From Polyangiaceae bacterium (GTDB lineage Bacteria > Myxococcota_A > Polyangia > Polyangiales > Polyangiaceae): a stretch of DNA of 64,000 bases. Numbering within the stretch: position 1 is the first letter of the stretch; the number at the start of each line of letters is the position of its first letter. The notes under the pieces are model-generated. The model saw only the letters and a program-made list of their open reading frames with translations. It ran no database searches and was not told the origin of the DNA. Positions 31,887 to 41,001 of the stretch are shown in pieces. The position numbers and the translations under genes were made by a program. The stretch covers positions 192,001 to 256,000 of the forward strand of contig JBILLK010000009.1 of NCBI GenBank assembly GCA_044376115.1. The letters are read 5' to 3'.

Positions 31887-33700
31887 ACACCTCTGACCCG
31901 ACGCTGCTCATTGTTTGGGCCGTTGTTGGAATTCTCTCGCTGTTTCTCGTGTGGCGCGGCTTTGTTCGTGTGACCGTTCAGGACCTGGATCTCGGTCCGG
32001 TCAAGCGCGTTAGTCGAGGACGCGCCGGCTTCGGCGTGCTCGGAGCGCTGTTCGGTATTGGCTTTGCTGGGCTCTACACCTTGGCCCAGCGTCTCGAGTA
32101 TGCAGCCCGACTGCGCGCGGCCGAGATGTTCGGTGAAGTGGATCCGATGGCTATCCCTGCGCAGAGCTTGCCCTTCAGTTTGAAGGACGAGGTCGTGCGT
32201 TACTCGTCGCTGGGCGTGGGCGTGCTGTTTCTGTGTTTGGTGCTGGCCGCAGCGATGCCGCTCGGGCTCGATCTGCTGGAGCGCTTGGACTTCGGTACCT
32301 TCGTCTCGGCTCGTCACGTGCGCGCTACGAAGAGCGGCTTTCTCACCGTGATCAGCGTGCTTTCGATCTTGGGGGTCGGCGTCTCCTCCTGCGCGCTGTG
32401 TTCGGTGACCAGCATCATGGGCGGCTTCGGTCATGATCTGAAGACCAAGATCCTTGGTAACAACGCCCACATCGTGGTGGATACGAAGCAGCCCGGCGGC
32501 TTCGGTGAATGGGATACGGCGCTCGCTGGCGTGCGCGGTGCGCTCGGGGACAAGGGCTCCGCAACGCCGGTCGTCGCGGGCGATGCGATGAGCTCGAGCG
32601 CCACCAATACGGCAGGCGTATTGGTCAAAGGGATCGATCCCGAGACCATCGGCGACGTGATCGATCTCAAGAAGAACCTCGAGCTTGGGCGCTTTCACTA
32701 CCTGACCGACACCGAGGCGCTGGCCAACATCCCGGTGGGCGAGGTGATCTGCAAGCTGCCCGACGGCTCGCCGCGCCGTAAGAACCCCGATATCTCCTTC
32801 GACGACTTCGAGGACATGGCGGTGGACCCAGCGCTGCGGCAGTTCCGCAAACCCAAAGTCCCGCTACGGCCCGGCGTGATTCTCGGGCGCGAGCTGGCGA
32901 AGAGTCTGCACGTCTGCGTCGGGGACGAGGTCACGCTGCTTTCGCCGATGGGTGAGCTCGGTCCGATGGGCGTGATGCCGCGCACGCGCAAGTTCCGCGT
33001 GGCCGGCATCTTCTACAGCGCCATGTACGAGTACGACGCCTCGCATGCGTACGTCACACTCGAGGAGGCCCAACGCTTCTTCAGCCTCGAGTCGAAGATC
33101 TCGCAGATCGACGTGCGCGTTAATGATCCGGAGAACGTTGAAAAGTTCACTCCGTCGCTGACGGCGATCTTGCCCGGCCTGTATGACCCGACCAAGCGTC
33201 CGGACGGCGCCCCTGCAGCTCCCGAACTGCGCACCCGGGATTGGAAGGAGATGAACAAGAACCTGTTCAGCGCGCTCAAACTCGAACGCATCGCCACCTT
33301 CCTCATCCTCTCGATCGCGATCGCGGTGGCTAGCTTCTGCATCATCTGCACGCTGCTCCTGATGGTGACCGAGAAGACGCGCCAGATCGCCATCCTCAAG
33401 GCACTCGGCGCATCCAACTGGTCGATCGCCCGCATCTTCGTGCTCGAGGGCGTGATTATCGGGGCGATCGGAACGAGCTTCGGCGTGGGCATCGCGCTCG
33501 CCGCCTGCACCGGCCTCAAGTGGTTCGGCACGCGCCTTCCCCCCGAGGTTTATTACATCGACAGGCTGCCCGTGAACGTCGACCTCGGGGACTACGGCAT
33601 CGTCGCTATCAGCGCGCTCGTCATTTGCACGCTTTCCACCATCTACCCATCCATTGCAGCCGCGTCGGTCGCCCCGGTCGACGGCCTGCGTCACGAGTAG
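31883..33700 (+). CDS. Lipoprotein-releasing ABC permease LolC/E family, with extra N-terminal TM region
   Basis: SIMGGF, IAILKALGAS, YYIDRLP, TIYP; adjacent to lolD. Confidence 0.88.
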   Translation: MNTSDPTLLIVWAVVGILSLFLVWRGFVRVTVQDLDLGPVKRVSRGRAGFGVLGALFGIGFAGLYTLAQRLEYAARLRAAEMFGEVDPMAIPAQSLPFSLKDEVVRYSSLGVGVLFLCLVLAAAMPLGLDLLERLDFGTFVSARHVRATKSGFLTVISVLSILGVGVSSCALCSVTSIMGGFGHDLKTKILGNNAHIVVDTKQPGGFGEWDTALAGVRGALGDKGSATPVVAGDAMSSSATNTAGVLVKGIDPETIGDVIDLKKNLELGRFHYLTDTEALANIPVGEVICKLPDGSPRRKNPDISFDDFEDMAVDPALRQFRKPKVPLRPGVILGRELAKSLHVCVGDEVTLLSPMGELGPMGVMPRTRKFRVAGIFYSAMYEYDASHAYVTLEEAQRFFSLESKISQIDVRVNDPENVEKFTPSLTAILPGLYDPTKRPDGAPAAPELRTRDWKEMNKNLFSALKLERIATFLILSIAIAVASFCIICTLLLMVTEKTRQIAILKALGASNWSIARIFVLEGVIIGAIGTSFGVGIALAACTGLKWFGTRLPPEVYYIDRLPVNVDLGDYGIVAISALVICTLSTIYPSIAAASVAPVDGLRHE

Positions 33701-33703
33701 CCC

Positions 33704-34492
33704 ATGCCTGAGCCCATCGTCCAAGTCGAGGCCCTCACCAAGACGTTCGTCCACATGGGGCGGCCGCTCGAGGTCCTGCGCGGGATCGATCTACGCATCG
33801 ATCAGGGAGAGGTGCTCGCGATCGTCGGCACCTCCGGTGCAGGGAAGAGCACGCTGCTTCACTGCATCGGTACGTTGGACACGCCGACCCAAGGCAAGAT
33901 CCGCATCGGCAAAGAGGAGATCACCGGCCTATCGAGCAAGCGGCTGGCAGCGATCCGCAATCGGTCGATCGGCTTCGTGTTTCAGTTCCATCACCTGCTC
34001 CCGGAGTTCACCGCGATCGAGAACGTGATGATGCCCGGGTTGATCCAAGGCCGCAGCCAATCAGAGATGCGCGGTCACGCCGAGGGCCTCCTGGCCGAGG
34101 TAGGGCTGGCCAAGCGCGGTACTCACCGCCCCGGCGAACTCTCGGGTGGCGAGCAGCAGCGCGTGGCGTTGGCGCGTGCTTTGGTGCTCTCTCCCAAGTT
34201 GATCCTCGCCGATGAACCCACCGGCAATCTCGACTCGAAGACCGGCGCGGACATCCAAGCGTTGTTCTTCGACATGAACCGCAAGCACGGCACCACCATC
34301 ATCGTGGTCACGCATGATCGCTCATTCGCTGAGTCGATGCCGCGGGTGGTTTCGATGAAGGACGGCCTGGTCGAACGCGACACGCGCAATACGGCAATCC
34401 CTTCGTTCGCGTCGCTCAAGGAGCAGGGCGCCAAACTGGAAGAGAAGGCCGCAGAGTCTGCACCAGAGCCCGCCGCCGCTTCAGACGCGTAG
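33704..34492 (+). CDS. lolD: Lipoprotein-releasing ABC ATPase
   Basis: GTSGAGKST, GFVFQFHHLL LolD motif, LSGGEQQR, DEPTGNLD. Confidence 0.9.
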   Translation: MPEPIVQVEALTKTFVHMGRPLEVLRGIDLRIDQGEVLAIVGTSGAGKSTLLHCIGTLDTPTQGKIRIGKEEITGLSSKRLAAIRNRSIGFVFQFHHLLPEFTAIENVMMPGLIQGRSQSEMRGHAEGLLAEVGLAKRGTHRPGELSGGEQQRVALARALVLSPKLILADEPTGNLDSKTGADIQALFFDMNRKHGTTIIVVTHDRSFAESMPRVVSMKDGLVERDTRNTAIPSFASLKEQGAKLEEKAAESAPEPAAASDA

Positions 34493-35653
34493 TCAGTGCC
34501 AGCGCAGTTCGCGTGCGGTGACGTCTCCAACGAACAGCTCGTTCAGCGTCTTGGGCGGAACGCTCGCGGTGGGCGTGGTGGCGCGATGGCGGGCCATCAC
34601 TTCCGCTAGACGTTGCGGAAATAGCGGCCGCTTATCAGGCTCCGGCAGCCCGTCGGGGACGAGCGGCTGGCCGCTCGCGAGATCGTAGCGGTCGCTCGCC
34701 CCCAACGTGTGGAACAACTCGTGCGTGCTAACGAAGAGCGCCAGATCGACCATGGTCGAGTCGAGCTCGACGCGAACCACACCGACCCGACCGCCGAGCT
34801 GGCTCGCTCCCTCAATCACCTTGCGTTCGTTGTTCGTCGGCCTCGTCGCGAGCACGTAGATGCGTGAGTCGAAGGCGCTTGCCTCCACGCCCGCCGCCTT
34901 GTCGATGCGCGAGGTGAAGCGCGAAAGATCCCAGGAGTAGCGCGCCGCGGCGAGCAGCCCGTCGTCAACGGGCGGCTCTGGAACCGAACCATCGTCGCTC
35001 ACGGGCCCAAACACCGTGAAGGCAAACGGCCTTGGTCCTCCTTCGCCGTAGCGACGTTTTTCCGATGCGAGCTTGTCCGCCAGCACGAGCGCTCGCTCTT
35101 TTGCACGCGAACCAAGCTCCTCCTCGAGCGGCTCACGGGCCACGAGCACGATGGCTACGCGCACGCTGCGCGTCCAGTCGGTGCGTGATTCACGGCTCTC
35201 GATGTCTCGAAGGGCGTATACGACCACCCCGAGGAGAATGGACAAGAGCACCGCGACGCGAATCAGGAAAAAGTTGCGCGAGCGGCGGCGTTTGGCGCTG
35301 CAACGGCTGCAAAGCGCGGGACTGCTCGAGCGATGACATACGGCGCACAGCGGGACCTGACACTGTGAGCAAAGCCCGCTCGCGCTGAAGTGGGGGTGGT
35401 CCTCACAGCGACTTGCTCCAGTCGCAGCCGTCGAGTGCGCGAACCCCACGCCCATCGTGCGAAGGGAGATCTCGAGCTTCTCGATTGCGACGGGATCGAG
35501 CAGCGGGAGCGTAACGGGTAGCTGCGCGAGCAGCGCGGTCGTGTCCGCCAGCGGTAGCCCCAGCGAAAGCGCGATCGTCCGCAGGGCGGCTGCTCGTGAA
35601 CGCGGCTCTTCGGGCAGCGCCCGTAGCTCGAGTTGCCTTGCCGGCGTCGTCAT
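34493..35653 (-). CDS. Membrane-anchored zincin-like protein with N-terminal B-box-like zinc finger
   Basis: CxxH..CxxC..CxxC..CxxC, TM, HELFHTLGASDRY. Confidence 0.7.
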   Translation of the reverse strand: MTTPARQLELRALPEEPRSRAAALRTIALSLGLPLADTTALLAQLPVTLPLLDPVAIEKLEISLRTMGVGFAHSTAATGASRCEDHPHFSASGLCSQCQVPLCAVCHRSSSPALCSRCSAKRRRSRNFFLIRVAVLLSILLGVVVYALRDIESRESRTDWTRSVRVAIVLVAREPLEEELGSRAKERALVLADKLASEKRRYGEGGPRPFAFTVFGPVSDDGSVPEPPVDDGLLAAARYSWDLSRFTSRIDKAAGVEASAFDSRIYVLATRPTNNERKVIEGASQLGGRVGVVRVELDSTMVDLALFVSTHELFHTLGASDRYDLASGQPLVPDGLPEPDKRPLFPQRLAEVMARHRATTPTASVPPKTLNELFVGDVTARELRWH

Positions 35654-35708
35654 CACGCGACTTTAGCGCGCCCGCGTTCGCGATGGCCTGGTAACCTCCG
35701 GTTCAAAC

Positions 35709-37016
35709 GTGCGCTTCCCCGGCCGACGCAAACACAAGCACTACTTCCCCGTCAACGCTCGCGACCCGCTGTTTCAACACGCTGGGCTCTCCCTGCCGAA
35801 GGCCAAGACGCACATCGTCGGCATCGACCAAACCTTGGTGGACATCGATGCGCGCATCCCCGAAGAGCTCCTCACGCGCTACCAATTGCCGAAAGGTGGC
35901 TCCACCATCATACCCAGCGATGTGGCTGCACGGCTGTACGAGGAGCTGCTCGCCGAGAAGCTGATATCGTACGAGTTTGCCGGCGGCACCGTGGGCAACA
36001 CGCTGCACAACTGCTCGCTGCTCGCGGATGAAGCCAGCATCTTGCTCGGGGTGATGAGTGAGAACATCCGGCTCGGCACGAGCGGCTACCGTTACCTCTC
36101 CAACACCTCCAGTCGCGTCAACCTCGATCACCTGCAGCCCGTAGACGGGCCGATCGGTCGTTGCTTTGCCCTGGTCACTCCCGACGGCGAGCGCACCTTC
36201 GCGATCAGCGCCGGGATGATGAACCAGTTGCGCCCCGAGAGCATTCCGGAGGCTGTCTTCGACAACGCTTCGGCGCTGGTGGTGTCGGCGTATTTGATGC
36301 GTTGTCAGCCGGGGGAACCGATGCCGGAGGCCACCATGCGGGCGATTGAGCTTGCGCGTGCGCGCTCGGTTCCGGTGGTGCTCACGCTGGGCACACGCTT
36401 CGTAATCGCCGAGCGGCCTGAGTTTTGGCGCGAGTTCATTCGAGCCAACGTCGACATTTTGGCCATGAACGAAGAGGAGGGCGAGGCACTGACAGGCGCT
36501 GCCGATCCGCTGGTCGCTTGTGATCGCGCGCTCGAGCTGACGAGCTTGGTGCTTTGCACCGCAGGTCCAGTTGGCCTTTATTTGGCGGGCTACAGCGATG
36601 ATGCCGTCAAGCGGGAGACCCGTTACCCGCTGCTCCCGGGCGCCATCCCTGAGTTCAATCGCTACGAGTTTAGCCGGCCGATGTTGCGCGCGAAGTGCGA
36701 GAAGCCGGTACGAGTATTCGCCCACATTGCGCCCTATCACGGTGGTCCCACGCGCATCACCAGCACCAACGGCGCGGGCGACGCAGCGCTCGCAGCGCTG
36801 CTCCACGACATGGCGGCCAATCGCTACCACAAGAGCAGCGTGCCCAACTCGGCCAAGCACGTGCGCGATTTCTTGACCTACTCGTCGATGAGCCAGGTCT
36901 GCCGCTACGCCAACCGGGTCAGCTACGAGGTCCTCGTGCAGTCGTCGCCTCGTCTCACGCGTGGTCTACCCGAGCGTGAGGAAGGCCTCGAGGACGAGAA
37001 GTACTGGGCGCTTTGA
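35709..37016 (+). CDS. gsk: Inosine/guanosine kinase (PfkB family)
   Basis: N-terminus FPGRRKHKHYFPVNARDPL, GIDQTLVDI, TNGAGD, PRLTRGLPERE closely resemble enterobacterial Gsk. Confidence 0.92.
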   Translation: MRFPGRRKHKHYFPVNARDPLFQHAGLSLPKAKTHIVGIDQTLVDIDARIPEELLTRYQLPKGGSTIIPSDVAARLYEELLAEKLISYEFAGGTVGNTLHNCSLLADEASILLGVMSENIRLGTSGYRYLSNTSSRVNLDHLQPVDGPIGRCFALVTPDGERTFAISAGMMNQLRPESIPEAVFDNASALVVSAYLMRCQPGEPMPEATMRAIELARARSVPVVLTLGTRFVIAERPEFWREFIRANVDILAMNEEEGEALTGAADPLVACDRALELTSLVLCTAGPVGLYLAGYSDDAVKRETRYPLLPGAIPEFNRYEFSRPMLRAKCEKPVRVFAHIAPYHGGPTRITSTNGAGDAALAALLHDMAANRYHKSSVPNSAKHVRDFLTYSSMSQVCRYANRVSYEVLVQSSPRLTRGLPEREEGLEDEKYWAL

Positions 37017-37019
37017 TTC

Positions 37020-37928
37020 ATGCGTCGTCGTTCATTCGTTGCTCTCGGATCACAGCTCCTGCTCGCGGCTTGTTCGGATGCAGCGCGCGATGGCAAAGCT
37101 TCGCAGGCCGCACCCGTCGTGCGTTCCGGACGCTGGCTGGAGCTCGCCTTCGATCCGAGTGAAGCGTACGCCCAGGCGGAGCTTGCGTTCGTCGCCAAGG
37201 AACCGGGCGCGCCGATCTTGGTGGCGCTCCACGGGCGCGGTGAGTCGGGGCGTGGTCTGGCCAAGGGGGCGGGCGGATGGCGCGACGACTACTGGCTCGA
37301 CCGCGCAGATGAGCGTTTGCGTTCCCCGCCGCTCACCGCCAAAGACTTCGAGGGCTTCGTAAGCCCAGAGCGGCTCAGTGTCATCAACGCCTCCTTAGCG
37401 GCCGAGCCCTATCGTGGGCTCAATGTGGTGTGTCCGTACGCGCCGCACGACCAAGGGGACGGCGTGACCGGAGAGCGCTCCTTCGCCGGTTTTCTGGTGA
37501 AGGTTCTGCTGCCGCGCGTTCGCGTCGAACTTGGCGCGGATGAGGCTGTGAAGTGTGCCATCGACGGCGTCAGCATGGGCGGCCGGCTCGCCCTTTACGC
37601 CGGGCTGACGCACCCCGCGACCTTCCATGGGCTGGGCGTCCTCCAACCCGCAATCAACGCCTCGCGTGACGACTTCACGCGGCTGGTTGAGCTGGCGGCG
37701 GCGCGCGCACAGAGCCCCAAGGTACCACCGCTACGCCTGGTCTCGAGCGAGGAGGACCCGTTCCTCGAGGCCGTTCGCGAGTTTGCAGAGGCGCTGTCGG
37801 CACGTGGAGTTCCGCACAGCACCCTCATTACGCCCGGCCCGCACAACTACGCTTGGAATCGCGGCCCGGGGTCGATCGAAATGTTGCTCTGGCACGAGCG
37901 CAGCTTGCGCGGGCTTGTTCCCGCCTGA
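37020..37928 (+). CDS. Alpha/beta hydrolase (esterase) lipoprotein
   Basis: RRRSF Tat-like signal with LAAC, LHGRG, GVSMGG, Asp (EDPF) and His (GPH). Confidence 0.8.
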   Translation: MRRRSFVALGSQLLLAACSDAARDGKASQAAPVVRSGRWLELAFDPSEAYAQAELAFVAKEPGAPILVALHGRGESGRGLAKGAGGWRDDYWLDRADERLRSPPLTAKDFEGFVSPERLSVINASLAAEPYRGLNVVCPYAPHDQGDGVTGERSFAGFLVKVLLPRVRVELGADEAVKCAIDGVSMGGRLALYAGLTHPATFHGLGVLQPAINASRDDFTRLVELAAARAQSPKVPPLRLVSSEEDPFLEAVREFAEALSARGVPHSTLITPGPHNYAWNRGPGSIEMLLWHERSLRGLVPA

Positions 37929-37950
37929 GCGCCGTGTGCGGCTCAAGTGC

Positions 37951-38841
37951 TCAGAGTTCGAGCGCCGCCGGCCGAAACGACAAAGCCTTTGCTCCCACGA
38001 TCGCTGCCCCCAGCCCGCCTGGGCCGGTATGGAGGTAAATGCTCGGGGAGATCGTTCGAATCGAAAGCGAGAGCACATTGAGCCGAGTGCGTAGCTCCGC
38101 TGCCAGAAGCTTGGCCTCGGAAGGCGCTCCACCGTGAAAGACTGCAACGTAGACGGCTTCGCGTGGTGCGAATTGAGCCGCTAGCTGCTCAGCAACAACG
38201 GTGGATTGCGCTTTTTTCGAGCTCTCTTTTCCGAGTACGGTGACCTCCCCATCGAGAAAGCCAAGCACTGGCCGCACGCCGAACAGGTTCGCAAAGAAGG
38301 CCTTGAGCGTGCTCGCTCGCCCGCCCTTTACCAGGTAGTCGAGCGATTGCAGCGTAAAGACGAGCTTGACGTTCTCCCGAAAGCTGTCGACCAATGCAGC
38401 GACCGCGTCGAGTGGGAGTCCTTCCGCTGCAGCTGCTGCTGCGAGCATCGTCGCGAGCCCGGCTCCAACATCGGTTACACCCGAGTCACAAACGCGAATC
38501 CGTAGATCCTCGTAGCCGCGCGCTTCGCATAACGATCGAGCCCCGACAACCGCAGCGTCGTGCGACGCGATCAGCTTGCGTGAGGTCATCACGGCGATGA
38601 GCTCGCGGTCTTTGCTCGCGAGCTTGCGCGCGAGCGTGGCGAACTCTGCTGCACTCGTCCCGATGATATGCGGATGCGCTTTGGCGCTCGCGACCCAGCG
38701 ATCGATGGTCTCGAGCGGGATCCCTAGACGCGTATCGTGCTCAACACCGTCGACGACGACCTGCTGCGGTAATAACTCGATTTCCCATCGCAGCAGAGCC
38801 TCGCTCGAGAGGTTCGACCCGGGGTTGGTGATGATGCGCAC
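37951..38841 (-). CDS. DegV family fatty-acid-binding protein
   Basis: SRKL..S, CDS, LDYLVKGGR, HTGPG. Confidence 0.88.
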   Translation of the reverse strand: MRIITNPGSNLSSEALLRWEIELLPQQVVVDGVEHDTRLGIPLETIDRWVASAKAHPHIIGTSAAEFATLARKLASKDRELIAVMTSRKLIASHDAAVVGARSLCEARGYEDLRIRVCDSGVTDVGAGLATMLAAAAAAEGLPLDAVAALVDSFRENVKLVFTLQSLDYLVKGGRASTLKAFFANLFGVRPVLGFLDGEVTVLGKESSKKAQSTVVAEQLAAQFAPREAVYVAVFHGGAPSEAKLLAAELRTRLNVLSLSIRTISPSIYLHTGPGGLGAAIVGAKALSFRPAALEL

Positions 38842-38929
38842 GGTTGCACGCTAGCAGCTCGCGGTCGCTCGCGGCCCCAGCCGAAGCTCGTGGTCCCCAA
38901 TTGCTCCGCCACTCGCTTAGACTGACCAT

Positions 38930-40857
38930 ATGGAGAGTGAGGTTGTGCTCGAGGTCATCCGCGAGCTCGCGCGTTCGCGAGACCAACACCACGCAGCCGC
39001 GATCGTCGCAGCGGCGGTCCATGCTTCTTTGTTCCCACTCACCACAGCCGTGCTCGACGGAAGCCCCAGCGCGCGCTGCCTGGCGGTTGTCGGTGCAGCG
39101 CTCAGCAGCGGTCGGCAAGCTGCGCTCGAGCCCTGGCTTCGCGAGCTGCCCGCCCTTCGCGTGGTTCCGGTGGCGGCGGAACAGACTGCTGCTCCAGCAG
39201 CGTTCGCGGAAGCTCCGTCCGTTGTCACGTTGGCCCTGGTGCCGATTCGTCGCGCAACCGAGCTCGGCACCCTGGTGCTGATGTTCGACACGGCGCGCGA
39301 GTTGAGCCCGGAGGAGTGCGCCCTGCTGGAGGGGCTCGCTGCCGCTGCTGCGCTGGCCATCGCCGACTTTGCGGCTGTGGACGCGCTTGTCGTGTCGGAG
39401 GACCGCTATCGCGGGCTTGTCGAGAACCTCGAGGATGTCGTGTTCTCCATCGATCAAAGCGGTAACTTTAGCTACGTAAGTCCGTCGATTCAGAAGTACG
39501 GCTTTTCACCCGAAGAACTACGCGGTGAGTCGTTCACTCGCTTCATCGTCCCGGAGGACCTGCCAGAGCTGCTCGAGAGTCTGATGGCGACGCTCGGCGG
39601 TCAGCTGAAGCCAACCTTCTTTCGCGCCGTTAGTAAGTCCGGCTCGATTCATCATGTGCGCACCTTGAGCCGGCCGGTGCTCGAGGCTGGTTCCCCAGTC
39701 GGCCTACCGGCGTCCTGGTGGATGTAACCGAGTTGCGGCGCACGGAAGACAAGCTGCGAATGTCGCAGAAGATGGATGCCGTTGGTCAGCTCGCAGGGGG
39801 CGTTGCTCACGACTTCAACAATCTGCTGGCCGTGATCCTGAGTTACTCGACGTTTGCGTTTGATGCGTTGCGGGAAGGAGACCCGTTGCGCGAGGACCTG
39901 CGCGAGGTCATCGGTTCAGCGCGTCGCGGTGCCGCCTTGACCAAGCAGCTGCTCACCTTCAGTCGGCGTGACGCGCAGCAGATGGAGCTGCTCGACCTCA
40001 ACAAGATTGCGCTCGAACTCGAGAAGATGCTCGCTCGGCTGATCGGCGAGAACATCCAGCTCGAACTCGACCTTGCGCCGCAGCTTGGAGCCGTCAAGGC
40101 CGACCGCGGGCAGCTTGAGCTGGTGCTCTTGAATCTGGTGCTCAACGCTCGCGACGCCATGCCGGCGGGGGGGAAGGTCGTGATCGCGACTCGGTCCGCA
40201 CGGGGGGCCGAGGACGGGCGTGGCTATTCGTTGTTGCGGGTATCGGACGACGGCTGCGGCATGGATGAGGCAACGCAAAGGCGCATCTTCGAGCCGTTCT
40301 TCACGACCAAGGGCAACAGGGACGGCACCGGCCTCGGGCTCTCGACCGTGTACGGCATCGTGCAACAGAGTAACGGAGTCATCAGCGTCGAGAGTGAAGT
40401 CGGTCGCGGCTCGACCTTCACCATTCAGCTCCCTCACGCCTCGGACGTTCCGGCGCCCGAGGCTCCGTCGCGGGATGGCAAGTCGCTGAAACGTGCGAGC
40501 GAATGCGTCCTGCTGGTCGAAAGCGAGGAGCCGGTCCGAAAGCTGACCGCGCGCATCCTCAAAGGCGCTGGCTACGAGCTGCTGATCGCTGCGAGCGCCG
40601 GCGAAGCCCTGCTCTTGGTCGAATCGTCCAAACGCCCGATCGATCTGCTGGTCACCAACGTTCACATGCCCCTCCTCGACGGCGCGCAGCTGGCGCTGCG
40701 GGTGCGCGCGCTGAGTTCGGCGCCACCGAAGGTGCTGTTCGTTTCGGGCTATGTAGCGGGCGAGGCCGTGCAAGCGACTCCAAACAGTGCCTTTCTCGGC
40801 AAGCCATTTTTGGCAGCCGATCTTCTGAACGTCGTTCACGAACTGCTTGAAAGCTGA
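38930..40857 (+). pseudogene. GAF/PAS-HisKA-HATPase-REC hybrid sensor kinase interrupted by a 1-nt frameshift (real lesion or sequencing error)
   Basis: PAS/PAC in ORF 38930-39727 continues as TGVLVDVTE in another frame from about 39706 into AHDFNNLL, N/G boxes and a receiver domain. Confidence 0.75.
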
Positions 40858-41001
40858 CTTCGACCGCCCCGCCGCTGTTCGAAGTGCGGCGCCACGCCAA
40901 TCAGTGTAGGTGAGGCCTGGTCGCCGCAGTCGCACCCATTCCGAACGCTTCCGAGTAGCTTTGGACTTCAGCACAACGTGACGTTTAGATCTGGAAGCAC
41001 A

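Noticed and set aside
29155..36860. Long minus-strand ORFs 29155-30291 and 35703-36860
   Set aside because: Antisense shadows of prfB and gsk with no recognisable motifs
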